This document shows, piece by piece, positions 55,034-64,000 of a DNA stretch of 64,000 nt. This DNA comes from Daphnia carinata (lineage: Eukaryota). The DNA is taken from the NCBI RefSeq assembly GCF_022539665.2, contig NC_081331.1:7130001-7194000 (forward strand). Reading direction: 5' to 3'. The notes beneath the pieces were generated by a model that worked only from the letters and a program-made list of their open reading frames with translations, was not told the DNA's origin and searched no databases. The position numbers and the translations under genes were made by a program. Positions within the stretch are counted from its first letter, which is position 1, and every line of letters starts with the position of its first letter.

Positions 55034-55231
55034 ATGTTGATTCGCAGACCTAGAGGTTCATTTGGTCCAATTGGTCTTGGACTAGTACTTCTGCTTGGTG
55101 CAGCCTCTGGAACGTATATTTGGGGACCAACCATACAGAATTACATGAACACAGATCCAGAAATTTTAGCATACAGAAAAAAAGCCAAGTTAGAAAGAGA
55201 GCTCGATACAACAGTCCAGAAAACTAAATAA
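55034..55231 (+). CDS. PIGBOS1: PIGBOS1-like single-pass mitochondrial microprotein, 65 aa
   Basis: Single exon. LGLVLLLGAASGTYIWGPTIQNY resembles PIGBOS1 (VLGIAGGVYIFQPVFEQY, recalled), followed by a charged helical tail. Confidence 0.65.
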   Translation: MLIRRPRGSFGPIGLGLVLLLGAASGTYIWGPTIQNYMNTDPEILAYRKKAKLERELDTTVQKTK

Positions 55232-55349
55232 TCTTCATAACAGTGTAAGATTTTGCATTCACTTTTGCTCTGATATTGACAACGTTTTTATGACGTTTTA
55301 CGCTTGTGTGAAAATTTCCTTTTCTTAAATTTTGTATTGCTGTAGCGTA

Positions 55350-55361
55350 GCCGCCATTTTG
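55350..55361 (+). promoter_or_regulatory. YY1/Pho-type motif at UQCR11 5' end
   Basis: GCCGCCATTTTG, ~70 bp upstream of a 5'UTR intron (donor GTAATG at 55422, acceptor TAG at 55498-55500). Confidence 0.5.
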
Positions 55362-55502
55362 CTTTTCTCTGGACCGAACAGACGAAAGGGATATCTTGTA
55401 ACAGTCTCTCATCAACAAGCGGTAATGTAACGTTCACAGAGTTACAATCCCATCCTTAACAAACTAATTTTAAAAGTTTTGTGTAATTATATTTCTATAG
55501 AC

Positions 55503-55789
55503 ATGCTTTCCATCAGAAGTGCAATCATTCAAAGCCGCCGTCTAGCATCAGGAGGTCATGGGCCTAGTGGACCCCAACTTACTGTTCATACTCTTAAAGC
55601 CATGTAGGACTCTTTAACATAATACTATTTTAAGGTAAAGTTTGTACAAAGTTTGTATTTTTGGAAAACAGGATTCCATCGGCCGCTGGCTATGGAGCAA
55701 CTGCTGCAGCTCTTGGCTTGTACTTCACCGACTGGAAGCTTGTGTTACAATATATGCCTTTCTACAATGGCAAATTCGAAGAAAAGTGA
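55503..55789 (+). CDS. UQCR11: Cytochrome b-c1 complex subunit 10 (6.4 kDa, Qcr10), 72 aa, two coding exons
   Basis: Exons 55503-55603 and 55672-55789 give MLSIRSAIIQSRRLASGGHGPSGPQLTVHTLKAMIPSAAGYGATAAALGLYFTDWKLVLQYMPFYNGKFEEK. The TDWKLVLQYMPFYNGKF motif matches UQCR11 TDWRLILDWVPYINGKF. AATAAA at ~55832. Not in the ORF track. Confidence 0.9.
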
Positions 55790-55940
55790 TTTTGGCAGTT
55801 TCAGCTGTATGAATGGTTATTGTAGATTGTTAATAAAAGATAATTGAACAAAGTTGTGTTTTTACAAAGGTATCGTGATACTAAACATATATGATTAAAG
55901 CATTAGTAAAGTGTTCTTCAGCCTCAGAAGCCCATTATTC

Positions 55941-55951
55941 GCCATCTAGCG
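55941..55951 (-). promoter_or_regulatory. CTCF-like motif upstream of UQCC4
   Basis: GCCATCTAGCG = reverse complement CGCTAGATGGC. Confidence 0.4.
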
Positions 55952-56042
55952 TCAGAAGCAGAAGTAAGCTTTAGACTTTCTGCTGGATGAGGTTCAGTTG
56001 TAGGTAGTTTCAGTTGCTAAACTCGGTTAGTTTCGCGTCAAT

Positions 56043-56554
56043 ATGTTGGCCATAAGAAACATTAAGAGATTCATTTGTTTAAGAACGACAGAAGTCGATA
56101 TCAGAATTCTGAAAAAGAGGTGATCAAACTTTGAATTAATTAATTTTTCTTTTAACCACATTTGACAATTGCTTAAATTTACCCCAGGACTGTTATGCAA
56201 TCTGTTTCTGACAAAACCAATAAAACGCCTGAAGATCCCAATGCACCACTGAGCTTTTCAAAGTCCAAGGCTGCTAAGTGGTCTGCCAAGAATTCATTTA
56301 GTGGGCGAAATATTTCAGACGATTCACCGTGGTATCAGCCCTTTGCCATTTCAGCTAGTGTTGCAGCCATATTGCTGTGGTTTTGTGTCTTCCGAGAAGA
56401 AAATGATATTGATAAAGAACTGGGTAAAACTTTGTATGAAAGAGTTGATGGCATGGAAAGAAAACAACTGGAACTGGCGTTGAAGCACAGTGGTCCAGCA
56501 GTGGACACAATAGCAATCAGGAAAAGACTTGATGAGTTGGATTCCAATGGTTGA
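56043..56554 (+). CDS. UQCC4: Complex III assembly factor 4 (C16orf91/CCSMST1 family), 147 aa
   Basis: Exons 56043-56119 and 56188-56554. Basic N-terminus, PLSFSKSKAAKW, PWYQP, TM helix, WFCVFREENDID: typical CCSMST1-family motifs. Confidence 0.85.
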
Positions 56555-57075
56555 TTTTGTACAGTCGATATAACTAGTGAAATTTGAATACATTAAGATA
56601 AAAAATTAAAAGCCCAAATTTACCTATTACGTAACTGTGGGTATCTTTTAGAAAACCATTGAAATCACTCATGTCAAAAATAAACAATTATACTGTTGGT
56701 TTTTCTTTATAAACCGTAGTATAGGTAATAATGTTTAATGTTGGAACTACCTTTGTCGACGGAGGCTTGAATTATGCTTGTAGGAAATCGCAAATCCTTT
56801 ACTCAACGGAAATGGGTATGCCACATTGAACCATAAAGGGCGGTAAAAAATAATTGGCCAAATCTGTACCAATGCTCGTAACAATTTTTATTCGGTTTTA
56901 CCACGATTAGATTTATGTTTAAAACACTTCATTTTGCACCTAGATGGAGTTGTTTTGTTGTCAAATTGGCAGACGACATCAAATGAATTGTATGGTTTCA
57001 GTTTTGTTAGTCAGCAGTTTTGTGCGATATTTGTTCACTGTTACGGCGACTTTTGATCAACAGTCATCGTAAGCA

Positions 57076-59240
57076 ATGGATATTAACCCTTTAGCGGTTA
57101 TATTGGGTAACTCTTCAAGTTTAAGTTAAGAAAGGTATAACATCGCAATAATGAATCCTTTGTCCCATGAATGTAGTTGAAAATGGTAGCAAAGGAGATC
57201 GTCTACTATTTCGCTTTCCGTATGACACGCAAGTTGCACCTAGCTACTCAAAGCGAACACGCACAAGTGGGTTACCTTGATTCGAGTCGTAGCTAAAAAT
57301 GTGTTTTTTTTCTACATTTTTAAAAAATCTTTTGCATCATGCAGAGCAGCTACAAATTCCATACAGTCAGGGTAGTGCCGAAGATATGCCTAAAACACAT
57401 ATAGCATATTCTAGTACAATCAGTGGGAGTGTTCACAGCTTCCCCAGCAAAGTAAGCACTTTTACTATAAACTTTCTCCTGTATGAAGAATTTTTTAACC
57501 ATATAGGTATATCTCAGGTGTTATCCAATTTATTTGCAGTGAAATCTGAGCTTTGTGGGAAAAAATTTGAAATAAAAATCAATGACATCCGTTTTGTTGG
57601 ACACCCTCTTCTTGTTTACCAACAAGGTGAAGGAAAATCTGCTGGTTCTAGCCAAGAATCTGTTTTATCTTTCAATGTAGTTTTTGCTCTAAAGGTATAG
57701 GAATCCATTGAAAATTTAGCTGATGTAATATGGATTACTATACAGAAGCTCTTTGAAATATAGGCATCTGCAAGTCATGCAGTTGTTGACTGCTATCATG
57801 AAGTTAGCAAAAGGATAGCAGCTGCTCTGTGGCATGAAGAACGTAGAATGGCATACTTAAGTGAAGAAGCCAAAGTTATGACTTCAACTCAGGATGATGT
57901 TTCTTCTGGACTACCTGATGATCCTTTAGATGTCCCCTATCATTTGATCTTGCAGAGAAGTCAACTCGCTCGTGATTTGCGTCGCGTGTACGAAGACTTA
58001 CAAATCTCGGGGAAGATACATTTACGAATCAATCGCTGGATTCTGATCAGCTGCTGCCTACCGCAAAAAATCTACCATCTGCTGGATCCTGGACTTGTTA
58101 TTGAACCAGCAGACATCCATTCCTGCATGGAGGCATTGAGACCTTACCACGCAATTTTGTTGCTTGGCGACAAAGAAAAAATCATTAACAATCTACCCCT
58201 GGATTCTTCGCCTGCTTTAAAGCGACTTATAAGCCTTGCGAATCCGTTAAAAAGTTTACAAACTCTGGCAGCCGATGCCGATTTGACGCTGTCGCACGTC
58301 TTCCAGCTAGTGGGCCACATGCTATATTTCGGACACGCAACCGTAATATATCCTCTTTGCGACAGCAATGTTTACGTCCTTGCAGGCAGCGCTAACACAT
58401 CTCCTCAGTCAAAACTGGCTGATGTCTTTTCTGAAACGTTTAACAGTGCGTGTTTAATTCAAATCATGTCTGAATTCTCCGTTCCGGTGTCCTTGAGTCA
58501 GAGAAGGAACCCACTCGCCACTCCAGAACAAGAATCTGAAGAGATACAAATTATCATATGGATGCTACAGCACCACTTGCTTATACAACTGCACACCTAC
58601 GTGCAAATAGTTGTCGACGATATGCATCCGAGATTATTTAACAGAGGCTCGTTTCGTAGTGCAAAAACGGTAGTCTTGAAGTCGCATAAGTTTGTTTGTT
58701 TCAATTGTTAATGGGACTTTAACCATTGTTCCCAATCTTAGACACGAGTGACATTTGCTAGTCGCCAGTCAACTCCAGATGAACTGATTGCAGGGTCCAG
58801 TCTTACACGAATGCCCAGCGATAGCGATATGGCTTCTGTGATCAGTGACGAAGCATTATCCAGCCCACCGTCGCACAAAAGCATTAGCAGCAAAGCGACG
58901 TGGTCAAATATCCATTTGGCGTCGCTGAGTAATGCGGAGAGGGAGGCTGTCCTTCAAGTTGACGCAGCTGCAAATTCCGATGATATGGAACTTTTTGCCA
59001 GGTAGTTTTAAACGCAAAAGAAATAAAACAATTCTATTTTTCAAACTAACTAAGGCTATTTAAAAATATAGATTGTGTAAGTATTTTCGCGGTAAACATC
59101 ATCTAGAAGAAATCATGTACTTGGAAAATGTTCGTAGGTCGAACCTTCTACATCTTATTGACAAGTTTCGGACAATCCTCGTTACATTCGAACATGAAGA
59201 TTCAGCTTGTTCTGTTTTCTATAAGAATTCCACAACATAA
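57076..59240 (+). CDS. NPRL3: GATOR1 complex subunit NPRL3
   Basis: Exons 57076-57106, 57177-57266, 57345-57451, 57518-57694, 57764-58669, 58742-59001, 59072-59240, all phase-consistent. Motifs [96 protein letters not shown]. Confidence 0.95.
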
Positions 59241-59593
59241 TGTTTCATTCATTAGGCGAATGAAATTGATGAATTTTAGTTGATGTAAAATTTTGTTCTA
59301 TATTTTTGAAAAGAAACTTTACAAACAAACTTCTATTTTACTTTAACATGAAGACCGGAATTTTATTAGCACTAAAATCGCCCCATTAAATATATACAGA
59401 GATGCTAGAATCTAACTGGTAAATGCTCTGTTCTGCTACGTTAAACGCCTTTAACAAAGCATGGTAAATATAATGGCAATGAAGAGGTGCGGTACTGGTG
59501 TGGGTTGAAAAAAAATTATAATAAAATGATTTAACAAAAGAACTGGACATGTAGTGAGAGACAGATTGATTTTAGGAGCACAAGGATGGACTA

Positions 59594-62946
<3,353 letters not shown>

Positions 62947-63274
62947 CTTTGTGACAGGTGCGTTTCAAATCACTCTTAGAGGTAAAATCGACGGACTACC
63001 TTCTGTGCATCCTTGAATTCAACTGCCCTGTTTCATCTGCTAAAAGATCATTAGGATGAAATAGTATGCCCTTTGGCTTCAACCAATGCGTAAAATTTGA
63101 CAACGCCCATCGAAGAAGGTGTCAAAATTTGTCTGCTTGTTTTTATTGAATTAAACCATAAACTAAACATTGGATATTTGAGCTTATCGCTAATACTTTG
63201 TGCTTACCATTCGTGAGGACCAACTTGTAAATTATCGTTCATTTCAATTGACGCTAACAAAAGCAAGCTATATA

Positions 63275-64000
63275 ATGAGCCCATCATCCAATTTATTGTT
63301 TGTGCTGGTTCCCAAACCTGTTGAGCAACTATCCAAACAACTACAGTCAAAAATGGTCGACCCTATAGTCCTCAAGACGCTGATTGATTGTAATTTCAGC
63401 CTCAGTGCACTTACAGGAAATGAGCTAAACTGAAATATTTAATGAAATATATGTTTGTAATAGTTTCTATTCGTTACTGGAGAGGTGAAGAGATACACCA
63501 CAATGAATGGGAGAATGTTGTGAAAGAATCATACTTTCCTCAAACACTTTTGGAGGAGCTCTTCTCTGGAGTACTGAATGTAGTTTTTGCAGTTTTACGA
63601 ATCCCTGAAAAATTATTCAATTCAAAATTAGTTTGTGATGAACTAATCCAGCTAGGGTAAAGCATAACAGACAGTGTTAACCAATAGCTTCACAAAACCA
63701 GTAACAACAGTGATTAATGGCACTGATTTGATGTTTCCAATTACAGATTCACAATGGAACAAGCTCATCACATCACAAATCTAAAAACTACTTTGAAGCC
63801 TGGTATATCATGTTTTATGAAGCTTCTTGGTGTTAAGTGGAGAATAGATGTCACCATATCAACAAGGTACAAAATTGCCCATATATTTGGTGTACTAAAC
63901 ATAATGAACTGTTTCAATTAGCAATGTGTGCCGGATACTGGAACCTTGGATTTTGATGGAATTTAATTTAAGCTCAGTAGGCCTAAAAACAATTCATGTT
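63275..64000 (+). CDS. COMMD5: COMM domain-containing protein 5 (HCaRG), 3' truncated by window
   Basis: Exons 63275-63389, 63464-63656, 63747-63866, 63922->64000. LEELFSGVLNVVFAVLRIP; COMM-domain start LLGVKWRIDVTISTSNVCRILEPWILMEFNLS, resembling COMMD5 FRWRVDVAISTSALARSLQPSVLMQLKLS. Confidence 0.85.

Overview
Eukaryotic, intron-containing arthropod DNA. The 55-95 bp GT-AG introns in compact genes and the homopolymer/microsatellite-rich large introns resemble a cladoceran such as Daphnia (inference). Left to right: the 5' portion of spatacsin (SPG11, minus strand, runs off the left end); a probable decayed hAT transposase fragment; a ~42 kb nine-exon dead ringer/retained (ARID3) gene inside a sharply bounded low-complexity domain, with a one-base frame break in exon 3; a possible degenerate secreted-protein gene; and a dense block of three tandem small mitochondrial genes (PIGBOS1-like, UQCR11, UQCC4/C16orf91), NPRL3, a kinesin-13 (KIF2/Klp10A, minus) and COMMD5 (runs off the right end). 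Gene models were built by hand from splice sites and phases, and families were recognised from memory with no database search. Nearly all short ORFs in 6.6-52 kb are translations of simple repeats. Best leads: the 1.5 kb mitochondrial microprotein/complex III cluster with a possible shared leader exon, the presequence-like extension on UQCR11, the ARID3 frame break, poly-A tracts at two ARID3 splice acceptors, CTCF-like promoter motifs at the domain edge, and a 5'-exon CpG-depletion footprint.
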